Source: Epiperipatus broadwayi
Lineage: Eukaryota > Animalia > Onychophora
Reading direction: 5' to 3'
Assembly: GCA_028023455.1 (NCBI GenBank)
Contig: JAQFVV010000002.1
Span: 12,276,001 to 12,340,000, forward strand
Length of the DNA stretch: 64,000 bases
Translations under genes and position numbers: made by a program
The notes under the pieces: generated by a model
What the model was told of the DNA's origin: nothing
Database searches by the model: none
The model's input: only the letters and a program-made list of their open reading frames with translations
In this document: piece after piece, positions 40,915-53,837 of the stretch
Layout: each line of letters starts with the position of its first letter
How positions within the stretch are numbered: the stretch's first letter is position 1

Positions 40915-43575
40915 TTGACAAACTCTTGATTAGGTTTATGTTATATTTTCCAGACCATATATATATATATATTGTTAAAAATTTTAATAACATGAATAAT
41001 TAAAATGGAAAAAATATATATATTGAACCTGCTTGTTATAGATAACTAATGAAGATGATGTAAATATATGTATTTTATCTCAATTGTTTTGTGGACATTT
41101 GGCATATATACTGTCTATTTTATTAATTAAATTATTTATGTAATCATTATTTTTGTAGGTTTTTGTAAGATATGTAACAAAAATAAAATAGACGATACAA
41201 AATACAATTTTGATTCGGTTTTAAGCTTCAAAAGTCATGGATGATGCTGAAAACTAAGTAAGTGGTCAATTTGCAAAAGAAGAAACAAGCTATTTCTTAA
41301 AAATTGTATAAATTACTAAATGACATTAAGAAGTTAAGATTTTTTTTAAAAAGAACAAAATGGAAACAATCTGGAAGAGTAAACTAAAAGGCATATTTCA
41401 TTGCAAACAACCCGAAGGCATCAATAAACAACAGTCATGCTTCTCAATATCCAAGAAATGGACTGGTTGATTAATTTGCATATATTTGCATACACTAATG
41501 GTAACACAAAATTGAAGACAACATGGCTATGAATATAGGAGCAAATATGCCCTGAAAGCACTAAGCCAGAATAAAACATAATTAAAATATAGTTTCACTA
41601 GTGTGCGTTGGAAGCGCAGTATAAGAATAATGTAATACATTGTCAATATAATGGGAAAATCATCCTGAGCAGTTTAGTCCAATGGTTTTGTGGAAGACTC
41701 AAAAACTAGAAATTTCTGGATCAATTCTAATAGAAGTTAAAAAAATCTCAGTTTAATCAAATATATATAACTGATCTGCTTGCCTTCCATCATATAATCA
41801 ATTAATCATACTGTTTATTTATACAAACAATTTGATGCAACATGTTTTATTAAAATATTGTTAATTTATTATAAATACAAATAGTAATTAAGTTTAATGT
41901 AAAAAATAGGAAAGTCATTTCAATTAATCATTTCTTTTCTACAATTGCTTTGTTTTTACTTATACTAAAGATAATAACTGTAAGATAGCTTAAATTAAGA
42001 TGCCATACTTTTCAATATTTTAAAATAAATTCTGGCTGGCAGTTAGAAAATGAATTTGTGAAAATAAATTCGCAAAATATTATCTAGCATTTCAAAAATG
42101 ATTGATTGGGATATAATTGAATATCTGATTTCTGTCTTCTTTGGATTTATTTTCTGCTAAGATTTTACAAAGCAGATTGAAACATTACCTAAAAAAATAA
42201 TCTTCTGAATCTTCAATTTAAAAAAAAAACATCCAGTTTTGATTTGTTTTGGATCATTTGACAATTTCTATTGATCACTTCAGTATAAAACTGACACGTT
42301 CAAATTTTTATCTGTTGTTTCTTAATTCTTACGTTAAAAAAAAAAAATCATATAAAAATATTAATTTCTTTTATAAACAAATACTGGGGTTGGAAGGTGA
42401 CGCTTTTTTCAAATAAAAACATTAAATAAATGTATTTTCTAATCAATAATCAGTCAATTTATAATTTAATACCCACATTTTATAATAGATAAAAAATTAT
42501 AGGATTAAAAATAAGCGATATATATTTTAAATATTTTAATATATTATCATCATTAGTATCATTGACAATTTCTCATAAGAATGTTTTTATTATGGTTATC
42601 ATCATAGCTCTAGAAAAATAAATAACAAAAAATCAAAATCAAAGGTATTTTAAGATGATTATAAACCAAACTGTAAACCATAAATATATATATCACATGT
42701 TCGTAATTTAGTTTGATGGCAATTTGTAATATTCTTACTTATCTTCTGCAGCAAACTTTTCCTTCATATCTTTCTTAATTATGGCTCTCCATTATAATTT
42801 ATAAGTAATCAATGCTGTTGCTTTTTAAACTATCTTTGAGATAACTTTTGTAAATGAAGCTTGTCTCCCTATAAAATCTATGCTTAATGAAGATATAATC
42901 TTACAATAGTATATTCAATATCAATATATCCATCAACAATATTTTGTTGCAATCATTTTAAACATTAGTATCATTTATAAGTTATAGCTATTCTAACTTC
43001 GGAAAAAAAGTTCCAAAGGAAAAAAAAATGAAAACAAAATTATATGTTTTTCTAAAGGTTTGTGATGGTATTTTAGTTGTATTTATATATTGGAGTATTT
43101 CCATTATCTAATATAAAGTATTGAATGTCTTTAGAAAAATTTAACTTTATTTAAATTTTCAAAGAGCATTCATCTGTTAGTAATAGCACACAGATTAACA
43201 TACACACAACATTTCAAGAGATATTATTCTCCTCTCTTCTTCAGATATTGCTGGTCTGATCAGTCACAGTTCAAGCATGGGAATTAAATCTGGACCTTTA
43301 GATTCTTGAATTTTAAGATAATACTCTAATAGTTTTAACAAGGCTGTAAACCTTAGCAATGAGCGTCTGAAAAAATCGTCACTAGGGACCTCTGTAGGTT
43401 CCAAAGGTAACAGTCAGTAGAAATTTCATATACTTATATATGAGGTTCCTCATGATTTCTCCACTTTTTCTTAAGAGCAAAGTTGATTAGTGATTTCCAT
43501 ACATTATGTATAGTCACACTAGATTGACTTATGAGATTATTCCCAATTGTCATGTTATGTGCATTTAATTAAATG

Positions 43576-43999
43576 CAATACAGAGTGGATACCAATAGCT
43601 CAAATAAGCTCTTAATTAATAAGGCTTTGGCTATGCTGAGGCTATTAAAATATGGTAGATCTGAATTTAGTTCAGTCCCACATAGCTATTTAAGTTAGAT
43701 AGTTGGATTTAAAGGCATTTTCTACTTAAATATTACATATGAAATAAGTGCTGGGTTTTGAGTTAATATTTTAGATCTAGTATCCGAATATTCTAGCTCT
43801 CCACTGATGTGAGCCATAAGCTCGAAACCAGTTGGTCTGGAGATGGGAGTGTTCTGGATAGAGATTTTAAATATTTTCTCATACTGCACTTATTAATTAA
43901 GAGCTTGTTTGAGCTATTGGTACACTCTCTGTATTGCATTTTTGTAAATACAAGCTTATAAAAGTAATGTCACATTATATATGACTTGCTTTTTTGATT
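43576..43999 (+). mobile_element. Hammerhead retroelement, related subfamily (short inversion plus one monomer)
   Basis: 13-bp TSD ATTTAATTAAATG (43563-43575, 44000-44012). 43571-43622 is inverted relative to 43890-43941. Collinear homology to the 24.5-24.96 kb monomer. Confidence 0.85.
43798..43843 (+). ncRNA. Near-intact type I hammerhead ribozyme (A9>U)
   Basis: TCTCCA-CTGATGT-GAGC CATAA GCTC-GAAA-CC AGTT G-GTC|TGGAGA. Perfect stems I and II, 3-bp stem III, GUC cleavage triplet ending at 43837. Confidence 0.88.
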
Positions 44000-44319
44000 A
44001 TTTAATTAAATGATCCAGCATTATACTTAATGCAAAAAATGATGGCATAAGAGTCTTATGATAATCAGGTCCTTCACTAAAAGCTATGTAACTGAAGCTA
44101 ATAAGATTTTTAAAAAAAGAAAATTAAGATAAAAGACAGGATACATAAAATGTTTGTATTAAAATACTTGATCATAAGATCAATATTAATAGTAATCTTT
44201 GAAGAATTCCTCATTTGGACTAAAGCTAAATGATATTAATTTTTATTAATAGATAAATAGATTTAGTAATAAAGTAATATAGCTTGAACTATATACAATA
44301 TATCAAAACTAATAACTTA

Positions 44320-45455
44320 GACTATATATAACTGAAATGAGAATAACTGTATCTTCCAATGAGTTTTCTAACATAAAAAACTATTAAAAGATAGAGATAC
44401 CACTTTTCCTTTAACAATTGTTGGTATTTATACTTAGTTTATTTACATAATTTTAAATGAGAGGGTGAATTTGATCTATTGGTTTTGTATATATAGAATA
44501 AATTATATAAAAATCACCATTTAAATATTCAAAAGATCAAGGTTCGAGTTTTAACAACTCCAAACATGAAATGAAAACTCAGTTTAATAAATGTAATAAT
44601 AAATAATTATAACTCAGAGTATATGCAACTGAAATGGAATTAATTCTACTTTCCAATGAGTTATGTAATGTAAATAAACTATTAAAAGAAAGAGTGATAT
44701 CATCCGTCCCTTAGCTTTTGTTCATACTTATTCTTAGTTTATTTACGTAATTTTAAATGAGAGTGAATTCAATTTATTGGTTATATACATATATGAAATA
44801 AGTTATATAGATCCACTATGTAAATATTCAGAGAATAAATATGAACAAATGCTAAAGGACAGAAGGAATCATTCTTTAATAATTTATTTACATTACACAA
44901 CTCATTGGAAGGAAGTTCATTTCATTTCCGTTACATAGAGTCTGAATTATAATTATTTATTACTACATTTATTCTACTGAATTTTCATTTCATATTTAGA
45001 GGTTGTTAAAAGTAAGACTCAGCCTTGACCTTCTGTGTGCTTAAATGATAATTCTATATAATTTATTTTATACATACATTATATATATATATTACAAAAA
45101 AAAAAAATAATAATAATATTAAGGGTGGATGGGAAGTGAATGGATTTGTGGGTAGTTTTTAATAGTATATATAATGTGTGGTTTTTTTTGTAGTTCTTTA
45201 CACTTGAGAAGTCTGCTTGTAGCAATGAAACCTTAGGTTGTGTTTTAATATTATTTTTATGCTGGTCTGGTTTAATTTTAGATTTGGGGTAGTTTTGATA
45301 TATATATATAACAAATAGATTGAATTCACTAATTTAAAATTACATAAATAAACTAAGAATAAATAGCAACAAATACTAAAGGACAAGTGATATCACTATG
45401 TCTTTTAATACATTACCTAACTCATTGGAAGATACAGTTATTTCCATTTCGGTGA
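44320..45455. repeat. ~290-bp unit arranged as two direct and two inverted diverged copies
   Basis: ACTGAAATG..TTCCAATGAGTT..CTATTAAAAG..CTTAGTTTATTTAC.TAATTTTAAATGAGAG at ~44330 and ~44628. Reverse complements at ~44840-45080 and ~45310-45455. Confidence 0.75.
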
Positions 45456-45558
45456 AATATATAAAAAAATATATGATTAAGAAAATTCATCAGATTGATG
45501 AAAAGCAGATTAAAAGTATAGTTTGGATTGCAAATTAGTCAAGTTCAATTCTTTAGCA

Positions 45559-46080
45559 CAAGGGTGATTAAACATAAGCCTGCAGGCTACATGTAGCTTA
45601 AGATGCCAATTTGTGTGACTCATATCTCATGCATAAAAATAGAATTTTTTTAAAAAAATTTTATCGTAAAAATGTTAAATAATTTTTTCCACATGTTACA
45701 TTAGTTTTCAAGTTATTAGTACAGTAGGAATTGAGCTATGTAAATTCCATGACTAGATATTGTTGTCTAATAATAGACATCTAAGTTAGTCTTTCATTAC
45801 AAAATTTTACTTCATTTTGGGAAGAAAATTCAGTTATATATAAACATGCACAAATGTACAAACATATGATGAGTATTTTCCTAATATTGTCAAAAACAGA
45901 TTTTAAAAGTGTTATTTCATGAAAATTCATTTGAAATAGAAAATTGTTTTCCAGCATGATCATAATATTTTTCTCTACAATTACCTCTTGTATCAGAAAG
46001 TAAAAATATTTTTATGTTGCCTGATAGAGATCTCACTAAAGTACCATGTGGCTCACTAACAGAAAGTTTGCTGACCCCTG
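45559..46080. mobile_element. Old non-autonomous hAT (Charlie-like) MITE
   Basis: Ends CAAGGGTGATTAAAC / GTTTGCTGACCCCTG. Flanks CTTTAGCA and TTTTAGTA (6/8, central TA). Confidence 0.7.
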
Positions 46081-46799
46081 TTTTAGTATATAATTCATAA
46101 AAGCATAGGAAGTTTTTCTTTTCATGACAGCAAGCGACCACTGAATAATTAAGACACAATTTCTGATTATTCTTTTAAACAATTTTCAATTTATTTAATC
46201 ATTAGTTATAGATATCTATAATGAAAATAATCACAGAAAATTTTCTTTTTTGATGCATACACTTTATTGAGGCTATTCAGCCACTTGGAAAATGATATTG
46301 GAACAAAAGGTAAGTTTTCTAATTAACATTAATAATAAAATCTAATTCACAGCCAGAGTCCTGAAAAAAAAAAAACTCTTGTGATGTATCACTCTCACTA
46401 TGCTATATATCCAGTATATATTTTGCAACCAATCTAATGTATGTTAAGGTATAAAAATATTTTATAACTTTTGTAACTTTAAAAGAATTTTAAAAAATTA
46501 CAATCTTGCAAGTTGTGACATGCAATCTGTGAACCATTTTTAAATATGCAAATTAAGCATCAAAAACAGATACTATTCCTTCCTTTAAAATCAATATTCA
46601 ATTACTTTCTTTTATTTCTATTTTTTTAATTTACTATGCTTCTTTTCAAAATATATCTTTCATAACTTTTTAATCTCAAAATATGTGATAAACTAATTCC
46701 TTTTCCTCCTCATAATTTCATAAACAAATACTTTTTTTTTACATTTTGCTTTTGTTACCTTTTCACCACATCAATTTCATTTTTATTTAAATCCTCATC

Positions 46800-48900
46800 T
46801 GTATAAAACATTGACTCTATTTTAATTGCACATATTCTCTCTCTACATGTTATCCATTAGAAATCCTACTCTAATTTCCATATCTTCCACCATCAATTAT
46901 CCAATTTCTTGATTATATAAAAGAATCAACATGCTCTACACCTTCTTGATCAATGATAAGATTTACATCTCCTATTTTTATTACTTTAATGTTATTTGGG
47001 CTTATAAACATCTCTGACTTTCTCCCAATTTGATCATTCCTGCCTAACATTTTAAAGCTTGTAATTACTACCTGCAAATCCTGAAATGCTTTCAATAAAT
47101 CTGATACGTTAAATTATTCTATAACTAGTAATAGTTTCATCATTATCCTATCAACACACATTTAACAACTCATCTATGTATTATTAAACAAACAGAAAAA
47201 TATATAATATTTCTTACTACATACCCTACATTATAACTATCTATTCCATAAAAACATTGTCAAATCTTATATTTTATTTATATGAAATTCTAACGATTTC
47301 AATAAGTCCATAATAATAAAATTAAAAACATAAGAAGCTCTTGAAAGAGAAGCTATAAAGAGTGCAAAATATTAAAAACTTAGTGCTTTCGAGGTGGGTT
47401 GCCTCATATTCATAGCAATACTGAGCCATGCAGAACAGAGAGATAATGGCGATATGCAAAATACATGCAAATTATCTAGATAGCCCAGTGTTTAAAGATG
47501 TCAAAGCAGGCATCATGTCTGAGGCAACCAGCCTTGAAAGCACTAAGCTTTTAATATTTTGCACTCTTTATAGCTTCTCTTTCAAGCACTTCTTACGCTT
47601 TTAATTTTATTATTATAATATTGAGAGAGAAGTTTGAAATTCTTAATAAGTTACAAATAAGCCCATAAATAAATTTCAGTTTATCAAATAAGTAAAGCTA
47701 ATAATATAAACCTATTCATTGAATAATTATATCTAAACATGTTATTGTGATCATTCATATACCAGATTCACAAAACAATCTAAATGAATTTATAAATAAG
47801 ACTCCTTTCTTATATTGATGGCAATATAGATTGGAATTGATTAAAATTGCATTCATATAAAAAGGGGTGTTGTTTGCAAGTGTGAATCTGGTTTGTGAAC
47901 CATCTTAATAACATTTTGTTGTTCCATGAACACGTTTTCTAATCCATATATAAATTTCCTAATAAGCATCTTTCAGTCTATATCTTTATTTTTTAAAATA
48001 TTGAAAAAAAGAATTCCTTTCACTTTCTCAAATATTTTTTCAAAATCAATAAAACAAATATTAATCACTCTTCTCTTCTCTATAAATTTATAATAATATT
48101 TCTTAATATTATAACAGTATATTTTGTCCTTTCACTTTTTCTAAACTTCTTTTCAAATAAAAAACATATCTAATACTAACATCTGCAGGTGAGAATAAGC
48201 TGATCATACCTGGTGAGAAGAAGTTTCATGATCATACTTCTCAGGCATACATTACATTGCATATATCAAATAATTTTCAAAACTCTTTTTCTTCAAAGTC
48301 TTTAATAATTCAACTGAAACTCATCAATTCATTACATTTGGTCATGTCAATTAAAAAGTTTTTAAAATTTTTTTTCATTCTTACTGAGCAATCTGTTTCA
48401 TTGTCATTTGTCTGAATATTTATGTTTATCATATAAGTCATTTGCATATCTTTTCAATTTATCCACTTTGTTACTAATAATCATTTTCATATTTAATTAT
48501 TGATCTATATCAGTGACCCTGTCATCTCCATTAAAATTGTATTATTGTAATATATATCAAACAAAATTTCTCTTTTTTGTAATTCCTCTATTTACCTACA
48601 TCCCTTTACTAATCCTTCCTAGTTTTGTTTTTTATTTTAATTCACTGTTATGTCTTCGACATATATTTCTATCTTCAAAATAATTCATATTTTTCCATCT
48701 TTTCTATAAATTTTATTCATCACCTCATTGCTAGTGAGAGCTTTTTTACTCTCTTACTTTTTTCATTCTCTAAATCTCATTAAAATTTTTAAATCTTTAT
48801 TGAACAATTCCAATCTTTTATTTGAATTTAGTTTTATTTATCAGCATATTATAATTCATGCCTATTTTCTTATTCCACAAATCTGAAAGTGTATAGATAT
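46800..48900 (-). mobile_element. Decayed RTE-like LINE reverse transcriptase, interrupted by a MITE
   Basis: KFIEKRRVINICFIDFEKIFEKV (~48025-48095) and the KSEMF...VEHVDSFI region (46913-47095) lie in RT order. Confidence 0.65.
47311..47615. mobile_element. MITE with ~95-bp TIRs (Tc1/mariner-like, TA ends)
   Basis: 47311-47406 is the near-perfect reverse complement of 47520-47615. Confidence 0.85.
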
Positions 48901-50539
48901 AATCCTTTTCAATTTATCAACTTCTATTACATTTTTTTTTTTTTTTTGTAATTCAAATCTACTTCAGTTTCAGTATGTGTTTCCATTGTCTATATCAAAA
49001 TACAATCTAACTAAAATCGGTTATTTTCTTAATCTAAATCATTTATTATGTGTAAGACTATTATTTTGATCAAAAATAATATATAAAATCTATTCTTATA
49101 ATTTTTTAACCCAAAAGTTCACTACATCATTTACACAAACTTATTAACTTTTTTGTCTGCCATTTCATACTGCTAACCATAATTTCCAATCATGTACTTT
49201 CATGGTCTATCATAGTACTACAAATTACAATTGTCACATATGATTATCATTAAATTAATGGTATTATTCAATTAAATATATATCTGAAAATTGGACATTG
49301 ACCCTCCACCATCCAATGAAACATAAAGACATTAAAAAAAATTCAAAATTCCAAAAGTCTAAAAATACCTTAGTAAAATCATAATATAAATCATTTCTAT
49401 TATTGTAATGATATATTTTCATAGGATTAGGCATGTGAAGCAAGTCAATGATAAGAACTTGTATAAAAGTATTTTATGATGGGTTTGAATAAAGGCAACA
49501 TTACAGAAATTATTTCAAAAAATTCTACGGAGATGCAATATTGACAACTTTTGTAGAATATAACCAAGAATAAAATATAAAGAAGGACTATATCAAGAAA
49601 GATATTGAAAAATTAAAAATTTACTGCATAAGAGTTTAAAAAATAATATCACAGAAAATTAAATATATAGATTAAAGGACCATATATAGTATACACAGAT
49701 ATATTTTTGACTTGTGGATTGATTTATTAATCATTGCATACTCAGTTTTAATTTTTTTAATTTTTGACTGCCTTTTTTCTGAAGAATTCTATACTTATTT
49801 TGAGTTGCTGATAATTATGATGACAATAAATTAGGTTTTTATTTTTTACACAAACTGTCACTAATAACAATATCATGACTTTCTTATATACCACCAAAAG
49901 CAATTCTCTTCATTATTAGATACATAAATGCATTAGTTCCAGCTTTGAATACCAGTCTGAAATAATGAATTTATAGCATTACTCCACCTGGTGCCCATTG
50001 ATTATACAAGATTATTGTAGCTGATTCTTGAGTAAATGAGAACTATTTACTTTTTAAAATAAAATACCAATATATGAGTGATCTGTTTACAGACACAGTT
50101 TAAAAATATCCAATATATTATATATATAATTAAATAACATTCACAGTTCTATCAGGAATATAAAAGGTAATATAGTTTAGCTTAAGACACAAACTGAATT
50201 TCTAGATAACTGAATAAATATTTTAAGCGAATTTTTCACAAAACTGACTTATCCAACCATCAATTATTAATCAGATCAACAATAATAGTTTAAATATGCC
50301 TGTCCATCATAACTGAATAAAATATATTACAGATTACACCAGATTTTAAAATATCAACCATAGCTAGAAATGTATTGAATAAAAACCATTTTCCATAAAA
50401 ATGTATCTCAAGTGAACCATAAAATTTTTTTGACTGTTTTGTTATCTTTTAATCTTTATTTAGTTGAGATCAACATTCAGAAATGGTAAAATTTTGTTTT
50501 TATTGTTCAAATGTGCAAATCTAATTTGCATCTGAAACT

Positions 50540-51130
50540 TATCAATACATGCATATATATATGTTATTAACTGATCTTTCATGTGAACTTTTTAATTCAT
50601 TCAAATATTCTGTGATATCAACTAAAAATGCTATCCAAGATGCCAACCAATTCTGATTATTACAAAATAAAGCATGATTTTTCATTTCTAGAAACAATTG
50701 TTATCTTACATATAAAAAAAAGTTTTTTCGAATTTTATGATAACAGACAAATCTCTATGTAATAAAGTAGTCCTTCAAATTCATTTTCCAATTCTAAGAA
50801 ATTGTGAAAATTGGCAATCATTAAAACTCTGGATTGTATAAAGTTCACAGTATTTGACACATCCTTGAGCCCATTTCTCATGTTCAATCTTTTATAGTAT
50901 AAGACCTGATGGTGAATATTACAATAGAAATATTGCTGCTTTAGAATGCCTGGATACATTTCCTTTAATTTTACTGCCAATATTGATACAAAATCTTTAT
51001 TTGTGATGGAACATTATCAGTTGTCACAAATGCAAGCATATTCAGAGAAATTTGGAAAATTTCCAGAGTGCTTCACAAAGCATAAAAATATTTTCATCTC
51101 TAATGTTTCAATGAATAGAATTATTTTCAA
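50540..51130 (-). pseudogene. Second, older SPIN/Buster-like hAT transposase relic
   Basis: FVTTDNVPS, YCNIHHQVLY, TVNFIQSR, LENEFEGLLYYIEI and IAFLVDITEYLNEL align by eye to the 3.9-5.75 kb transposase. Confidence 0.85.
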
Positions 51131-51899
51131 GAACTATTCAGGAATATTAATGTTTACTATGTAAATTTGTAAAAAATCTCAACAAGTATTGATAATATTA
51201 GATTAAAAATTGACTATAAGTGATGCATGAATAGCATTTTCAAAATATATGAATATCACATTTTAGAATTATAAAAAATTCTACAAACATAGTGTTGTCA
51301 TAATCATATTTTAATATTGAAAATGTCCAATAAAAAAAAGTGCACGTTGGGACTTAGTTGACTACTATAACTGAATTGCCAACAATTAGAATCTAATTAG
51401 ATAAAGGTTATATTCAAAAAGTATAAGTGATTATGATAGACAAGACAACACCAACCATGAATTGGACAATAAATGATGAGCGGAATATCTGCTCAATGAA
51501 CAAATCCAAAATTCAGTGATCTTATTAGAAACAGTCACATGAGAAAAAAAAGTAGACTGCAAACAATGTGGGAATAAGTTTGCAAAATTTCAATTGAGAG
51601 TAAAACTAGAAAAGAAAGAGAATCTGTGCAGAATTTAGACAAACTAGAAAACATACCTAAAAATTGAAGTAAAAAGTTATAGTAATGTGAGTGTGAATTA
51701 TGTGACTGCAGCAGGGAGATGATTCCTGTGATTGAGTTAGTCTGCATAAATGATCAAAAAGATAATCTAAATGTTGTACTTCATCAAATCATGCCTTCTA
51801 AAATGCTTGAGATTCAACAATAATTATAGAAAGGTAGAAAAAAATAAAGGGAAAAAAATAGGAGAACAAAGAATAAAAAGCAGCACAAGATAAATAGAA

Positions 51900-53100
51900 T
51901 ATGGAATTATACTTTAAATGAAACACTAAGAACAAAAAACATGGGTGGCATGGCAGAATTAATGGAAGCTACTGTTACTCAAAAATAAGTTTGACATAGA
52001 TCAAATGTAATACTGAGGATATAAGAAATAGCCATTGCTAATTTAAAACCATATGAGGACTGGATTAATGCAGAAACTATCATTGGCTTAGACACTGCTT
52101 TAGTCATTGACAACAAAGTGGTAAGGCCTTAGATAATAAACATGAAAAATGAGATGTAATGTTTAAGAAGGAATTGCATTGTTGAATTTTCTTAGTCACG
52201 ATAATGACAGTAGGTTCATGTTAAAGAAAAAAATGAATGGATCAATAGTAAAAGAACACAGTATGTATGGACCCAGAACAGGTATCAATGATATTTTATT
52301 CCTACATAAGAAACTAAAAAAAAATCCATGCAGAAATAATTATTTACAAATTTGGTTGCATCATTGAGAGAAGGAGAAAAAATTCTTCAAGCTATTAGAG
52401 ATAATTCCTGTAACCACTGTTTGGAGTGATGCACTACATTGAGAAGTTATAAATAGTATAGATTATCTGTACCAGTAAGACAACAACTGCTTTAGATGGC
52501 AATATATTAAATAACAAATTTTTAGTATCTTTGATACAAATTCTGGTTTCTGCTGAACTGGAAATAAATTGTGCAACATCTCTGTCAACTATGATCTACT
52601 TCATATCAGCAATGAAGTCATAAAATGATTACATATAATCAAAGATACAGCTATACAATTATAATTGCCATTAGAAAATATTTCAAAAATAAATGCAGTT
52701 AAGAGTTTCAGGATATCTGCTTTTCCAATTGAAAACATTGAAGAAACAGTGTAAAAATGTAAAAAAAAAATTATCATAGCCATAATGAGATCAATTGGTG
52801 TGAGTACAAAAAATGCATTTTCTTAGCTTTGTTGTTAAGATTAACAGAAACAAGAAATGCAGTGGTAAAAATATTAAAGATCAGAAGTGAAGGAGAAGAC
52901 ACAGCTCAGAAATAACATTGTGAAAACTAGGAAAACATCCATCAACACTTAACAACTGCTCTCATTCAATTACTTGAATTAAATTCTGGAATGTTTGAGT
53001 CTTTTCATATACCTATTATGGCATAAGCAAAGACAACAGTATTTTCGAACAAGCTCATTTTTGTTCTAATCTGGCCATCACACAAAGAGAACATAGAAAG
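51900..53100 (+). mobile_element. Possible heavily decayed Gypsy-like pol relic
   Basis: Only loose matches (IIPVTTVWS, LDGNILNN, TVFSNKLIFC). Confidence 0.25.
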
Positions 53101-53625
53101 ATATTTTACAGTAACAATTTAATTTTCAAATTATATATGCAATCATTAAAAATAAAATTATATAGGAGGTCAGATAGTTTTCAGAAAACCCCTAACTTAA
53201 AGCAGAAGCAAATATGATATTATTTATTCGCTGGATTTTCTTACAAACACCAAATTGCACGCATAAGTAAAATTTTAAAGCAGAAATATTATATGGCAAC
53301 ATATGTTGTTCAAAGTATTTTTATATTACTTTAAAATTACTTTTACTATCTATATGTCCATAAATATTCAAATAAATGTCTCACTTTCTACATATTTCAA
53401 TATGAGTTCATATGGGTAATATTTGCTTTAACTGTATATTTCAATAATCAGTCATTGTTAAAGTTTGGAAAAAAATAAAATTTACTTCTAAAATTAATAT
53501 ATCTTAATACTTCAATGACTTGAATTTTAGACTTAGGCTTATTATTTTTAAATAAATGTTAGTAAAATACAATTAGTGTTAGAAACTACTGATTTGTGAG
53601 GTAAAATCATGGATATAAATAAAAA

Positions 53626-53837
53626 TAAATTGAGATACTGCAAGCGCTCATTATAAAACTTATCTGACAGCCAATCAGATAACATGATAGCCGTCCAAAC
53701 AAAATCCAAACCTTTTCTTGTAAAATCTTTGTTGTGTGTTTAAGTTTGGATTTCATTTGGATGGTTATCATGTCATCTGATTGGCTGTCAGATAAGTTTT
53801 ATAACGAGCGCTTGAGATCTTGCAGTATCTCAATTTA
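53626..53837. mobile_element. ~210-bp foldback MITE with TA ends (Tc1/mariner-like)
   Basis: TAAATTGAGATACTGCAAG...CCAAAC is mirrored by GTTTGG...CAGTATCTCAATTTA. One small indel; CCAATCAG in both arms. Confidence 0.88.

Noticed and set aside
41597-41618. Helitron-like 3' end (hairpin + CTAG|T, minus strand)
   Set aside because: Only a 4-bp stem and 2-nt spacer, and no 5' terminus found.
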